Assembly: GCA_964016885.1 (NCBI GenBank)
Contig: OZ024750.1
Coordinates: forward strand, 14,198,001 to 14,262,000
Source of the DNA: Eledone cirrhosa
Lineage: Eukaryota
Direction: 5' to 3'
Length of the DNA stretch: 64,000 bases
The position numbers and the translations under genes are program-made. This document shows positions 23,960 to 37,625 of the stretch, piece after piece. The notes beneath the pieces are model-generated. The model was not told where the DNA came from and did not search any database. It saw nothing but the letters and a program-made list of their open reading frames with translations. Positions within the stretch are counted from its first letter, which is position 1. Each line of letters opens with the position of its first letter.

Positions 23960-24615
23960 TGGATGCCTTTCCTAATGCCAATCACATTACAAAGTGTACT
24001 GGGTGCATTTTATCATGGCACCAGCACTACCACTTTACAGGGTGTACAGGATGCATTTTATTATGCCACCAACACTACCACTTTACAGGATGTACTGGGT
24101 GCATTTTATTGTGGCACTAGCACTAGTGCTTTACGGGGTTTACTGGGTGTATTTTATCATGACACTAACACTAACACTTTACAGGGTGTACTGGGTGCAT
24201 TTTACTATAGCACCAACACCACCACTTTACAGGATGTACTGGTTGCATTCTATCATAGTACCAGCACAACCACTTTACAGAGTGTACTGGGTGTATTTTA
24301 TCATGACACTAGCATTACTACTTTAAAGTGTTCTAGGTGCATTTTATTACAGCACAAGCTTTGCCACATTACAAGGTGTACTGGGTGCATTTTATCATAG
24401 TACCAGTTCAAACACTTTACAAAGTGCACTAGTGCTTTATGGGGTTTACTGGGTGTATTTTATCATGACACTAACATTACCACTTTAAAGTGTCCTGGGT
24501 GTATTTTATTACAGCACCAGCATTACCACATTACAGGGTGTACTGGGTGCATTTTATCATGGCACCAACCCTAACACATTACAGGATGTACTGGGCGCTT
24601 CTTATGGCACCAACA
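23960..24615. repeat. Degenerate ~48-bp tandem array inside a SINE/RTE-tail element
   Basis: Repeating ttacagggtgtactgggtgcattttatcatggcaccagcactaccac-like units after the tctacagttggatgccttt motif. Confidence 0.8.
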
Positions 24616-26056
24616 GTAGAGAGGTGGTTTTGTTGACAGCATCTACCATGTTGGGGAAACAAGTAAATTGATAATTAGGAAAGCTGTGAAGATTAAAGAA
24701 TAGCTTTTCATATTTAAGAAGCATAACATAGTGAGTAGAGGGTGGGGCGAATATATCCACTACCCCTCTATGGTTACTTGAGAAGGTAGTATATTACAGC
24801 AGATATGTGAAGTGGGGTTGAGAGTGAAGATGATAGGGGAGGGGAAACACAAATATAGTTATGTCTCTCTGTCTTCAACATTTCTGCCATTTTAATGTCG
24901 GCCATTTTGACATACTTTCGTAGCAAAGAGTGTCTAACATCATGTGCAAGTATCAACTTGGCTGGTTGGGACACATCACATGACTCCCAAGTGAGAGACA
25001 TGCTAATCAGGCCCTGTATTGATACTCCTCCATGGAAAGAGACAAAGAAACATCCCAAGATGAACTGGCAGTAGACAATCGACAGAGACCTGAAACCCAT
25101 CATCAAAAGTTGGATTGATGTATTAATAGATGTAACTGACCATGGTCATTGGAGCACTCTGGCTGCCTCATGCAGCTCAAGTTGTGGGATGTACTGATAG
25201 ATGCAACTGTCCATAGTTATTGGAGCCCATTGGCTGCCTCATGCATCCCATGACATGGGAGCTTCTATGTCTAAGTCTGATTTTGCCAGGCTTTCTTCAG
25301 CACTGTGGGTCCCTTGTTATCTCTGTTGTGAGGTTTATTTATGATCTTGCTTTGGGTGACCTTGTTTGCTTAAACTTTTAAACTGTAATAATAATAAATA
25401 TTTGCTCTACGGGTTTATATATACAACCCTTATCAAGTCCTCTCTGGATTTTTGTCTGTATATTTATTATTACTATTGGCGGTATCGGTAGAGGGTCGGA
25501 CGCCATGCTTTGACGTATAGAGTTACGACCCTTGCCATTCTGAGTTCAAATCCCGCCGAGGCTAACTTTGCTTTTCATCCTTATGGGGTCGATAAAATAA
25601 AGTACCAGTAATGCACTGGATAATTGCTGGCTTTGTGCCAAAAGTAGAAACAATTATTACTATTTGGCTCATATGGTAGAACATTCTTCAAACTTAAAAC
25701 CATTATGCTGTTGTCCAACTATCTAGTTAAAAATGACTTGCAAATGTTCAAGTGGAACTTTAAAAGCATCAGTCAGAATGGACTAGAAGGACTCACGAAG
25801 GTCATAATAAACAACAAAGACAACGGCAACAAACATTCTTTGTTATGCAATTGCCATTTACCGCAAATGAAAACTATGGAATATTTCGCCATAAGAAAGC
25901 ATAAAATTATGAGAATATATATATCTAGAATATTAAAATTTATATATTTTTTAAAATTATTTATTCAATTTAAATATTAAAAGAGGGATCGTAAAGGATT
26001 ATTGATTAGCCCCAAAATGGGTCACACTAAAATAGAACGTTGGGTCAATTCATTGT

Positions 26057-26111
26057 ATTGGCTTTCCGGAAGTATTATATTTTGCAAGTTATTCTGGGAA
26101 TAATATCCCAG
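26057..26111 (+). promoter_or_regulatory. Candidate GALT core promoter elements
   Basis: Reverse CCAAT (attgg 26057-26061), ETS motif CCGGAAGT (26066-26073) and the inverted repeat ctggga-ataata-tcccag, ~90-140 nt upstream of the ATG. Confidence 0.45.
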
Positions 26112-26197
26112 TTACCGCGTGTTTTTATTATGCTCTCAGAAAGCATCTAACACAAAATATAATTTCGTTTTTCTAAGGAATAAAAATTGAAAGAATC

Positions 26198-26219
26198 ATG
26201 GAATTTTTTAATCCTAATG
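26198..26219 (+). CDS. GALT: GALT coding exon 1 (MEFFNPN + first base of D)
   Basis: ATG GAA TTT TTT AAT CCT AAT G|GTTAGT. The phase-1 donor joins exon 2 to give [17 protein letters not shown], matching the GalT N-terminus (E. coli MTQFNPVDHPHRRYNPL). Confidence 0.8.
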
Positions 26220-27605
26220 GTTAGTATATTCGTAGTTTATTTGTAATCCTATCATTAATAAGGTAATTAAGGCTTATAAGATTTTAAAACAAATTATCGA
26301 AGAAAATATATTTTGATGGATGAAATTATACTATATATATTTTTTTTTGTGTAGTGATAATATAAAGGTGTTTTGTTTCCTTCTATTTAATTCTAACTGC
26401 CGGGTGAGTATTGTGACTAAGAATAGGTGTTCTGGATTTACAGGAGTAATTATAATCTGTGTGACTATTAATTTCGTCTTTTATTTGGATAGCTAGACAT
26501 ATATATATAATTTATAAGATGAATGGGTGGCTGAATGGACAAAGATAAACGCAGCGTAAAAAACGTAACTGCTTATATAAATGTGTGGTTGTGTATATAA
26601 AGTAATGTTTAGGTTGTAGGTCTTATTTATATATGTATGTGTGTTACTGTGACTTTAACGATAGACGAATAAAGTTAGTGATATTAGTAAAGATATATAA
26701 ATTAATGTGCACTACACATCGCGTTTAGATAGTTTGGAATATAATGAAAGATATACCCATTTTTAGGTTTATCAAACAATTTTAGCCTCGCCCTGAAGAG
26801 ATGTAAACCGCTTTTGTTTACCTTGGAGTTTAATTAAAACTATGTTTATAAAAAAAAACCGTACACATTACATTATATTATATTTCAAATGGATTGGCAG
26901 TATCGGTAGAGGGTCGGACGCCATGCTTTGATGCATAGAGTTACGGCCCTTGCCATTCTGTGTCCAAATCCCGCCGAGGTTTACTTTTCCTTTCATCCTT
27001 ACGGGGTCGATAAAATAAAGTACCAGTAATGCACTGGGTAATTGCTGGCCTTGTGCCTAAAGTAGAAACAATTATATTTCAAATTATATAATATATAGTA
27101 TGAACTATAATACAATGTGCAGGTTTTTTTAATAAATATAGTTTTATTATAACAGCAAAGTAAACAAACTCTGGCTCATATATACTAATTTGAATTATTG
27201 ATGGTCTAAAGTCCATTGAGATTTTTATAATTGTCTTTTTTCAAAATATTTCGGTCTGAGTGCTTGCTATTATTACTTCCATAAAAGAAAAAAATACTTC
27301 ATACTAAACCATATCAATTGTTCAATAATAATACATCCCCTCCCCAACCCCCACGCCTCTTACTATTTATATTTATTATAACTTCCATTGCGTCAAATCA
27401 CGCTCCGGAAATTCATTATCAATCTGCTGGTTTAATCTGGGTTTGGTTTCGTTATCCAGTTTTAATTTCGTATATTATATTTTAGAAAAAATACACGTAA
27501 CACAGTGTTTTCATTCTTATAAATAGGGAATTTTGTCCAAGTCTAAAACCCCACAAATTATATTTCATCTTTAGTGGTTGTAATAAGTGCTCTTTATATA
27601 TTTCG

Positions 27606-28214
27606 GGCACTACCATGCTATTAACTGTCAGAAGCGAAAGTTTCGTCAACCTTCTCAATCGTAAACATCGTTTATTTCCGTATTACCACGCGTTATTTTA
27701 ATAAAGCATATCATGTAAGTGGAGTTACTTAAATGAAAATATAGGTGGCCCTTAATAGGGCCAAATTAGAAAACAAATTTAAGTTAATTAGAAAACAAGT
27801 CATGGTTATCAAATAAATTGGATTTAATCATTTATATTTTCATAGTCATGGTTATCAATTTCATGTATAGGGTTGGTGAAACAAATTTGATAACCATATA
27901 TTTGTTTTCTAATTTGGCCCTTTTAAGGGCCACCTATATTTTCATTTAAGTTAACTCCACTGTTGGTGAAAATGACTTGTTTTCTACATTGATAACTATG
28001 AAAATATAAATGATTAAGTCCAATTTATTTGATAACCGTGACTTGTTTTCTAATTTGGCCCTATTAAGGGCCACCTATATTTTCATTTAAGTAACTCCAC
28101 TTACATCGATATGCTTTATTAAAATAACGCGTGGTAATACGGAAATAAACGATGTTTACGATTGAGAAGGTTGACGAAACTTTCGCTTCTGACAGCTAAT
28201 AGCATGGTAGTGCC
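27606..28214. mobile_element. Long-TIR MITE, Merlin-like (or Mutator-like)
   Basis: Near-perfect TIRs of ~170 bp or more beginning GGCACTACC; flanks ATATTTCG / ACATTTCG form an 8-bp TSD with one mismatch. Confidence 0.75.
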
Positions 28215-30469
28215 ACATTTCGTATTTCACTTAACGATTCCGGTTTTTGCACTTGACGTCCATCCACATAGTATACCCGTAAGCAGCTGGGAGTCGTAGG
28301 GATGACGTAGTGACATACTAAATATCTTTGGGCATTTTAAACTTGGCAAAGCTCAACCCCTTCCTATGTCTGGATATAGCTGATTGATTTCTTCCAGAGA
28401 AGGAGAGAGAGTGGGATAAAGGGATATAGAGGAAGAATTGGCCTCAGTACTAGACTGGGACTTGTTTTTATTGACTTCGAAAGGATGACAGACAAAGTTA
28501 ACCTTGGTGGGATTTAAACTCAGAGAGCCGGAACAAATGCCGGAAATCATTCCATCCTATGTTCTAACAAATCTGCCAATTCACCGCCGCCTACCTACAA
28601 TAGCTACACAGAAAGACGACCAACTAACATCACTGGATTCTGTTCGTGGTTACTCATCATCTTAGAATCCTTCATACCAAATGCCACCGCCTTAAACAAA
28701 GAAGGTTACATTAGATAATACAATCCTAGATACTCCTAAATGACAGGGATGGTCACAATAGGAATGCTTTGATCCATATATGCCCAAATAAGATTATAAG
28801 TCCCTGCTGCTATCCACAGGATAACTGATTGATGTAGCGGCTAAACAAGAGCCAAAAATAAAGAAGATACAATACATTTTTTAAAAAAGCAAAACAAAAA
28901 TAATGTTAAGTTTAACGAAGGTTATCATTTAAAAAGCGGCGTTTTATTACATTACAGTTTAAGAAATGTATGTTTTAGGTGTAGGTCGGTGTAAAGCTAA
29001 GTACAAAACTATAGGTATTTCCGTTTTGCATCAGCGCCTCACCCCGTGTTACAGAATATTAAAAAATATTTCATAAAATTACATAGCATAATCACTATGG
29101 TATTATTTATTTTATTGATATCTACCTGTGTCTATATTTGTATGGTTCATGTAGTCATTATAAACATTACAGTGATGTCCCACGTTAAACTTCATATGAA
29201 CAAATAGTATAACAAGCGAAACCCGAACTAGCGTCCTCTTTATCCTATCATGATATTTTAAGTTTTCTGACTTAAAGCTGATTTTCTGATGTGTGACTTT
29301 AAAAAGTGGAAGCTATTAATAATTCCCTTGATATTTTAAATATATTCCGGTGGTTTTACTTTAGTTTCTCTTTCATTTTACTACATTGAAGTATATTATT
29401 AGAGAGGAAAGGGAAGAGAAAGTAGCCTGATTGAGTATAGAAATAGGATGTGAGATGGAGGTGGAGAGGAACGTGTAGAAACATGAGTCATGCATGAAAC
29501 CGAAATGTTGGAAAATAGCAATGTTTCTTAAGGACTCATTATCATCATTATCATACATTTGCTTTTCCATGCTACCACAGTTTAGACATTCGTTACAGAC
29601 CAAGTCATTATTTAATCCGAATTACTGACTTCCTAGACAGGCGTAGAGGGACACATCTCCATGTCTGTTATATATGTTCTAGTTTGAGAATGGCTTCTAC
29701 AGTTAGATACCTTTCCTACCATCAGCCACTTAACCGTGTTCTTGGTGCATTTTTTAGGATGGCATCACCACTAGAGAGGTTATCTTCTTGACACAACTAA
29801 TGAGGTTAGTTATGGACAGACCTCAAGGTCATATCCACTACCTAGTTGTGGCACAATAGTGGACGGTGAGATGATAATCAGAATAGTTATTAAAAAGTGA
29901 TGGTACAGGGGTTATCACAGTGGATGCATTACACAGAGGGATTAAAGAGTGGTAAATAGGGGCATCTTGTTTTTATACTGGTAAGTGGGAATTCTCCAAA
30001 ACCACAAGTCACCAATCAGTGCAGTCCTGTCATCTCTGTTGTGAGGTTTAGCTTCCTAAAGTTGGTCTTCATTACTTCACCCCATGTCTTCTTAGGTCTA
30101 TCTCTTCCACATGTCCCATCTACTGAGATTTATGTGCACTTCTTTATACATCTTTCATCATCCAATAGGGATAGTTAGACAATGGTTACTGAGGTAGATG
30201 ACAATGAAACATCATATGGAGAAGATAAGTGTGATGGCTAGCTGTAAAGAGGATGATGGTAAAGTGTACTGGATATGGACAAATTTGATACTGTTGCTTG
30301 TTACACAGAGGTAAAATGATAGAAAAGTGATGGTGGAAGGGAAGTAAAGTAATAAAGTGTGATGGTCAAGAAATTGAATATAAACAGATCAAATGCTATT
30401 CTTTGTTATACAAGTGACATGGTATATTCCATAGAAGGAAGTGTGTGATAGATGAGGAGGTGACAAAGA

Positions 30470-30985
30470 GGGACATAGAACTGGTTGATAGTTTCTGCTA
30501 TGTAGGTGATATAATTAGCAGTGGAGGAGGGTACTCAGAGAGCATGATAGCTAGAATAAGGATAGGATGGAAGAAGTTTAGGGAACTGATACCTCTCCTA
30601 ACAACAAAAAGTTTCCCCTTACGAATGAAAGGTCAGCTGTATGGCGCCAGTGTGCAAAGTGCTATGCTGCATGGTAGTGAGTCATGGGCAGTGAATGCAG
30701 AAGCTGGAGAGAAATGAAGTAAGCATGCTTCAATAGGTGTACAAGAACAACAAATCATGGATGAACTGAGAGAGAGTGTGCAAGAGAGGAGACTGCATTG
30801 GTATGGATGTGATGCTCATGGATGATGATTGCTGGGTGAAGAAGTGGCAAATACTAGTGAAGGAAGCTGCAGAAGAGGTAAACCAAGGAAAATGTGGATG
30901 GAAGTGGTGGAGAGAAGCAATACTGAGAAGGACCCGTCCAACTAATGCACACATGGAACAACAGACATAAAATGATGTTGATTGT
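30470..30985 (+). mobile_element. RTE LINE 3' fragment
   Basis: IELVDSFCYVGDIISSGGG..ARIRIGWKKFREL..AMLHGSESW. Confidence 0.85.
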
Positions 30986-31999
30986 AGGCAAGAGACTGAC
31001 ACTGTCCCAACTTCCATCACCTCCATAATTTTAACAGTTTTGTACAAATGGATGAGTCTTCTCCAGCAGTATGTGTCACTACACGTCATAGTTCTTTATT
31101 ATCTCATTTGTGAGGGTCAGTATCTTGAGATCATTCTTCACCACTTCATCTCATTTTTGTCTAGGTTTTCTTCATTGTTATCATCATCATCATCGTTTAA
31201 TGTCTATCTTCCATGCTAGCATGGGTTAGACGGGTTTGTCCCATTTAGAGGCAAGTTGGGTCTGGTGACTGTGTCTCACTCATATAGGACTGTTTCAGGC
31301 TGGTTTTCTACAGCTAGATGCCCTTCCTAATGCCAACCACATTTACAGTGTGTGCTGGGTGATTTTTTTTCCATGTCTTTTACACATTCTTACTACTTCA
31401 AATAGCTGGCACTTTAAATAGCCAACATCCTCCACATACTACCACCTCTACTGCTACTACAATACATACTACCATCTCTACTGCTCCTACAATACATACT
31501 ACTATCTCTACGGCTACCCCAACAGTTTCTGTTCCTTGGAACTAATTAATAGCCCACCACCTCCACCCAACACAACCATTGTTTTTTCACCAGAATCAGA
31601 TATCTTAGATTTTCTGCCAAGAGAACTTGTCAAAGATACACACACCCAGGAATTTGAAGCAATTAAAGTTTATTCTGTCAACTGTACACTCTTGTTGCCA
31701 ATAAAGTGGCTTTATGCCAAATTAAAATAAATAATGATCAACTCCCAAGAAAATAACTATAATTTCAAATGTTCCATATTGAAATTGTAAGATGTTTCTT
31801 TCTAATAGAAACACAAAGCCAGGTATTTGGAGAGTGTTATAGCCTACCCCTGGGTCTCCTGCTGGTTGGCTTTGCCCATAAAATCTGTCCAGCAGTTCTT
31901 TCCTGAGACATTCTAACCACATGCCTCTTGTATCAGAGTCAATTATATCAACTATTAGAGATAGTTGCTGAAATGCTGAAGTCACCAATGATGTAAGAA

Positions 32000-32960
32000 T
32001 CAAGCTAGTCAAAAGCATTGTCAATCAGGTAATACATGATAGTGTCATACCTAATGACTGGCATAACTATAATTATTAACTGCTACAAAGGAAAAGGTGA
32101 TGCTCTGGAAAGGAGCAACATAAAAGTCATAAAACTTTAGCATTTAAACTGGCCATATCCAGCCAGAATTGTCTCACCTCTTTCTCATCAAACTGGTCAT
32201 AACCAGCCACTCATACCGAGGTTAAGGTATTGTTCTCAAAATAAATATCAAAATCTCGTATATTTGATATTATGTGAGTTTAAGCCTTTTCTATGAAAAT
32301 ACCATAGTAAATATAGAGTAATGTAAATGCTAATGGGTTAATTTATGGAAGTGATGGAAAGAGTGTTCGCACAACTAATTAGGGAAAAAATCAAATTAGA
32401 TGAGATGCAGTTTGGCTTTGTGAAACAACTACAAGAGAAGTTCCTAGCTAAGTGTAAGCCACAATACCTAGCTTTTGTAGATCTGGAAAAGGCCTTTGAT
32501 AGAGTACCACAATCTGTTATCTGTTGGTCCTTCAGGAAATGGTGTAGAAGAATGGCTTATGAGAGCAGTGCAAGCCATGTACAGCCATGCTGTCAGCAAA
32601 GTGAGAGTAGGTAATGCGTTTAGTGTGCAAGTAGGTGTTCATCAGAGCTTAGTACTCAACCCCACCTATTTTTTATAGTTCTCCAGGCCATAAGAAAGGA
32701 ATTTAAGACTGGCTGTCTATGGCAACTCTATGTATGTGTGCAAGAGAGATGAATGCACTGGTATGGAGATGTGAGATATATGGAGGAGGATTATTGGGTG
32801 AAGGAATGCCAAGAGATTTAAGCAGAATTAAATTACAGTAGAGGAAGACCTGGGCAGAAGTGAATCAAGCTGATTTTGAAACATTGAACCTCGTAAAGGA
32901 GATTACAGAGGATCACAATAACTGGAAAGAAGCTGTGCTAGAAAAGCAAAGAAAAATAAA
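32000..32960 (+). mobile_element. RTE LINE RT fragments interrupted by a piggyBac-like MITE
   Basis: MQFGF..YLAFVDLEKAFDRVP..VGVHQ RT motifs; MITE at ~32137-32341. Confidence 0.85.
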
Positions 32961-34340
32961 CAGATGTAAACTATTATTGTTGATGTACATATGTATATGT
33001 ATGGGTAAAGAAGTGCCAAGAAATCCCAGTAGAAGGAAGACCACGAAAAACATGGGTGGAGGTGGTGAGAGCAAACCTTAGATTGCTGAAACCCACGGAG
33101 GAGATGACGAAGGACCGTGACAAGTGGAGCGATGCTGTGCTGAATAGGACCCGTTCCACCCTTGCAAGCAGGGAAAAGCAGACGTAAAATGATGATGATG
33201 ATATATATGGAAAAGACCAGTCTAACCTATGCAAGCTTGAAAAAACCCAGATGTAAACTGTTATTGATGATGATGATGTTGTTGATCAGCACTTAACTAA
33301 TACTCTATATTATTGATCTGAGAAAAATGAAAGACAGTTGATCAGGATGGAAATTGAACCAAGTTTCTATTGATCTGTAACTAAATATTGTGCACCATTT
33401 GTTTTCTGTTCAATAAACTCCTACAACAGGAGTTTATTGAATTTTTAAAATGTATGTATGTGTATATATATACATATAATCATCATCATCTCCGTTTAAC
33501 GTCGATTTTGCCACATGTATGTATGTGTGTATGTGTTTATGTATGTATATATATGTATGTATATTTATGTATGTATGTATATGTATATATACACAACATC
33601 ATCATCATCACCGTTTAACGTCCATTTTTCCACACTAGCATGGGTTAGATGAGTTGTCCTATTTCAGACATGTCCACTCAGGAAACCGTGTCTTGCTCAC
33701 ACAGAACTGTTTCTGGCTTGGTTTCTAAAGCCGAATGCCCTTCCTAATGCTAACCACATTTAAAGTGCAGGTAAGGAGTGGTTTTTGTCATGACACCTGC
33801 AGGACCACTTTACTGCGTGGGGCTGGGGCAGACAGTGTATGGAAGTGGGTGAAGGGGGGGGGGGGGTTTAAGTCGTGTAGGTGTATGGAAAGGGATATGT
33901 ATATATATATCTATATATCATTTCATTTCATTTCATTTCATTTTACGTCCGCTTTCTCCCTGCTTGCAAGGGTGGGACGGGAACTGATTCTGGCTTGATT
34001 TCGACAGCTGGATGCCCTTCCTAACACCGACCTCATTTACAGTGAATGCTGGGTGCTTTTTTGCCGTGGCACCTCCACGACCATTTTGCAGTGGAATGAT
34101 AGGGACCCCAGTCCCTATCATCCCATTTCTACAGCTGAGTAAACTGGAGCAATGTGAAATAAAGTGTCTTGCTCAAGGAAGCAACACATCACCCGGTCTG
34201 AGAATTGAACTCACAACCTTTCGATTGCAAGGCCAATGCTCTAACCACTAAGCCATGTGTCTTCATATATTTAAATATATATATGATGTATGTATATATA
34301 TATAATATAAAATCAAAAGATGGTTAAAAGAGTTCCATGT

Positions 34341-34409
34341 ATTTTATTATGCGCATTTCAAAAACAAATATCATCATGGGATGATATTTGCTTTCTCATC
34401 AGATAAAAT
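34341..34409 (-). ncRNA. Type-I hammerhead ribozyme, family A, core intact (antisense to GALT)
   Basis: attttat-CTGATGA-gaaagcaaatatcatc(ccat)gatgatatttgttttt-GAAA-tgcgca-TA-ataaaat. Confidence 0.8.
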
Positions 34410-34420
34410 AGGGAGACATG

Positions 34421-34489
34421 ATTTTATCTGATGAGAACGCAAATATCATCCCATGATGATATTTGTTTTTGAAATGCGCATAATAAAAT
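34421..34489 (+). ncRNA. Type-I hammerhead ribozyme, family A, core intact (sense in GALT intron 1)
   Basis: attttat-CTGATGA-gaacgcaaatatcatc(ccat)gatgatatttgttttt-GAAA-tgcgca-TA-ataaaat; predicted cut after 34482. Confidence 0.8.
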
Positions 34490-35384
34490 ATATATAAGAT
34501 AAACAATTACTTTGTCTCTTAGATACAACGGTACTTTCTCACACAATTAATTTAACAAGAAGGAACTTGTTTAGCTATTGAACTGAATTATTTAATTGCA
34601 AGATAAATGTGTATGTGCTTATGTGTGTGCTGTGCATGTGTATCACATTTTCCAATTTTCTAATGTTTAGTATGCAATATTTATTGTTTTGTACACCAGT
34701 ATTGAGTGCTGTAGAGCATGAAGTTGTTGCTGGAAATCAAAACCTGCTGGTAGATATGGCTTAAGATCTTATCACTAATCTAACATTTCACCTCATGTGT
34801 TTTTTATCATTCCCGATTGCCATTGCTTAGGTTCCTTGTATGATACTCTATAATATTGATTTTTTTTCACTTTGGAAGTACATATCTAATAAAATTTATA
34901 ACTAAATAGTGTCATTAAGTTTGCTCAGTATATTACTGGTATTTATCATTCCTTGTGCTATTTGAATTGGTGTAAAGAGATGAAACTAAATGGAGGGTTG
35001 GCCAAAAGTCACTTCTTACTAATTTTTATTAATAAAACATTACAAATTAACTCAAAACTACTTTTTTTATCTTTAAATTAAATTTCATAATTGGATCTTG
35101 TTTTTATTCAACTTTAATCTGAAAGAAAAAAAAATATTTTAATAATAAAATAAATTTGAATTTTTTAAATAGGAAGTAACTTTTGGCCCACCCTTATTTT
35201 AAGGTGAAAAGTTCATAGGCTGACTATGAAGGTCATTCCATGAGAGTAGCTTGGCCAGCCTATGAACTTCTCAGCCAACCATCTTATTTAGTCTCATTCT
35301 CTACCATTCAATCAATTATGAGGGCTTTTATATATTTCAGTTGGACAATGTATGTATAACAGGTTTACAATAAGTACACTGTTT

Positions 35385-36920
35385 ACAACAGGTACACTAT
35401 ATTCCTGTGTATATCTGGTTTAGAATAGGTACACTGTATCCCTGTGTATATCAGGTTTAGAATAGGTACACTATATTCCTGTGTATATCAGGTTTAGAAT
35501 AGGTACACTGTATTCCTGTGTGTATCTGGTTTACAATAAGTACACTATATTCCTGTGTATATCTGGTTTAGAATAGGTACACTGTATCCCTGTGTATATC
35601 AGGTTTACAATAAGTACACTATATTCCTGTGTATATCTGGTTTAGAATAGGTACACTATATTCCTGTGTATATCAGGTTTAGAATAGGTACACTGTATCC
35701 CTGTGTATATCAGGTTTACAATAAGTACACTATATTCCTGTGTATATCTGGTTTAGAATAGGTACACTGTATCCCTGTGTATATCAGGTTTAGAATAGGT
35801 ACACTGTATTCCTGTGTATATCTGGTTTAGAATAGGTACACTGTATCCCTGTGTATATCAGGTTTACAATAGGTACACTGTATCCCTGTGTATATCAGGT
35901 TTACAATAGGTACACTGTATCTCTGTGTATATCAGGTTTACAATAAGTACACTGTATCCCTGTGTATATCTGGTTTACAATAAGTACACTGTATCCCTGT
36001 GTATATCAGGTTTACAATAAGTACACTGTATCCCTGTGTATATCTGGTTTACAATAGGTACACTGTATCCCTGTGTATATCAGGTTTACAATAGGTACAC
36101 TGTATCTCTGTGTATATCAGGTTTACAATAGGTACACTGTATCCCTATGTATATCAGGTTTACAATAGGTACACTGTATCCCTGTGTATATCAGGTTTAC
36201 AATAAGTACACTGTATCCCTGTGTATATCAGGTTTACAATAGGTACACTGTATCCCTGTGTATATCAGGTTTACAATAGGTACACTGTATCCCTGTGTAT
36301 ATCAGGTTTACAATAGGTACACTGTATCCCTGTGTATATCAGGTTTACAATAGGTACACTGTATCTCTGTGTATATCAGGTTTACAATAAGTACACTGTA
36401 TCCCTGTGTATATCAGGTTTACAATAAGTACACTGTATCCCTGTGTATATCAGGTTTACAATAGGTACACTGTATCTCTGTGTATATCAGGTTTACAATA
36501 AGTACACTGTATCCCTGTGTATATCAGGTTTACAATAAGTACACTGTATCCCTGTGTATATCAGGTTTACAATAAGTACACTGTATCCCTGTGTATATCA
36601 GGTTTACAATAAGTACACTGTATCCCTGTGTATATCAGGTTTACAATAGGTACACTGTATCTCTGTGTATATCAGGTTTACAATAAGTACACTGTATTCC
36701 TGTGTATATCTGGTTTACAATAGGTACACTGTATCCCTGTGTATATCTGGTTTACAATAGGTACACTGTATCCCTGTGTATATCAGGTTTACAATAGGTA
36801 CACTGTATCTCTGTGTATATCAGGTTTACAATAAGTACACTGTATCCCTGTGTATATCTGGTTTACAATAAGTACACTGTATCCCTGTGTATATCAGGTT
36901 TACAATAAGTACACTGTATC
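35385..36920. repeat. 37-bp minisatellite, ~41 copies
   Basis: Unit caggtttacaataggtacactgtatccctgtgtatat with few variants. Confidence 0.95.
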
Positions 36921-37222
36921 ATCATCATCATCATCATCACCGTTTTACGTCCGTTCTTCCACGCTAGCATGGGTTAGACGGGTTGTCCTGTTGTGGGCAG
37001 TGTCTGGTCGGCTGACCATGCCTTGCTCATACAGGAACTGATCTGGCTTGATTTCTACAGCTGGATGCCCTTCCTAACACCAACCTCATTTACAGTGAGT
37101 GCTGGGTGCTTTTTCGTGGCGCCTACACGTCCACTTTACAGTGTGGGCTGGGTGCTTTTTTGCCGTGGCACCTCCACGACCACCTTGCGGTGGGGGGAGT
37201 GGGGGCATATTGTTTATATGCT

Positions 37223-37625
37223 TCAGCATGTACCCATGGGAGGTCGGGTACCCTGTATTACTGCGTGACGCCAGAAGTCACGGTCGTGTGTCATTGACTT
37301 TGAGAGGTGTAGTTGGGTAAGGTCGGCTTTTATCAGTCTCTCTCTCAATTTCTTTATGCTTTGTCGTTCACGTATATTACTGTTACACATCCATCGGAGC
37401 ATGCAGGCTTCGTTTCTCTCTAATCTACGTAAGTCTTCCACCTTCAGCGCCCAGGTCTCACTACCATGCAACATCGCTGTTCGGATACACGCATCATACA
37501 GTCTGCCTTTCATTCTGAGGGAGAAGCCTTTTGCAGCTAGCAGTGGTAGTAGTTCCCTAAACTTCTTCCATCCCGTTCTTACCCTAGTTATTGCACTTTC
37601 TGAACACCCACCTCCGTTGCTAATT
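37223..37625 (-). mobile_element. RTE LINE 3' fragment
   Basis: KGRLYDACIRTAMLHGSETWALKVEDLRRLERNEACMLRWMCN. Confidence 0.9.

Noticed and set aside
24750-25470. Possible solo LTR
   Set aside because: No clear TG..CA termini, TSD or second copy visible.
26395-26410. Strong donor-like GGGTGAGT as the end of GALT exon 1
   Set aside because: No in-frame ATG upstream. The 26198-26219 exon gives the conserved N-terminus and the correct phase; use as an alternative donor cannot be excluded.
35385-36920. Possible CRISPR array (37-bp repeats)
   Set aside because: Units are contiguous with no unique spacers, there are no cas genes, and the context is eukaryotic.
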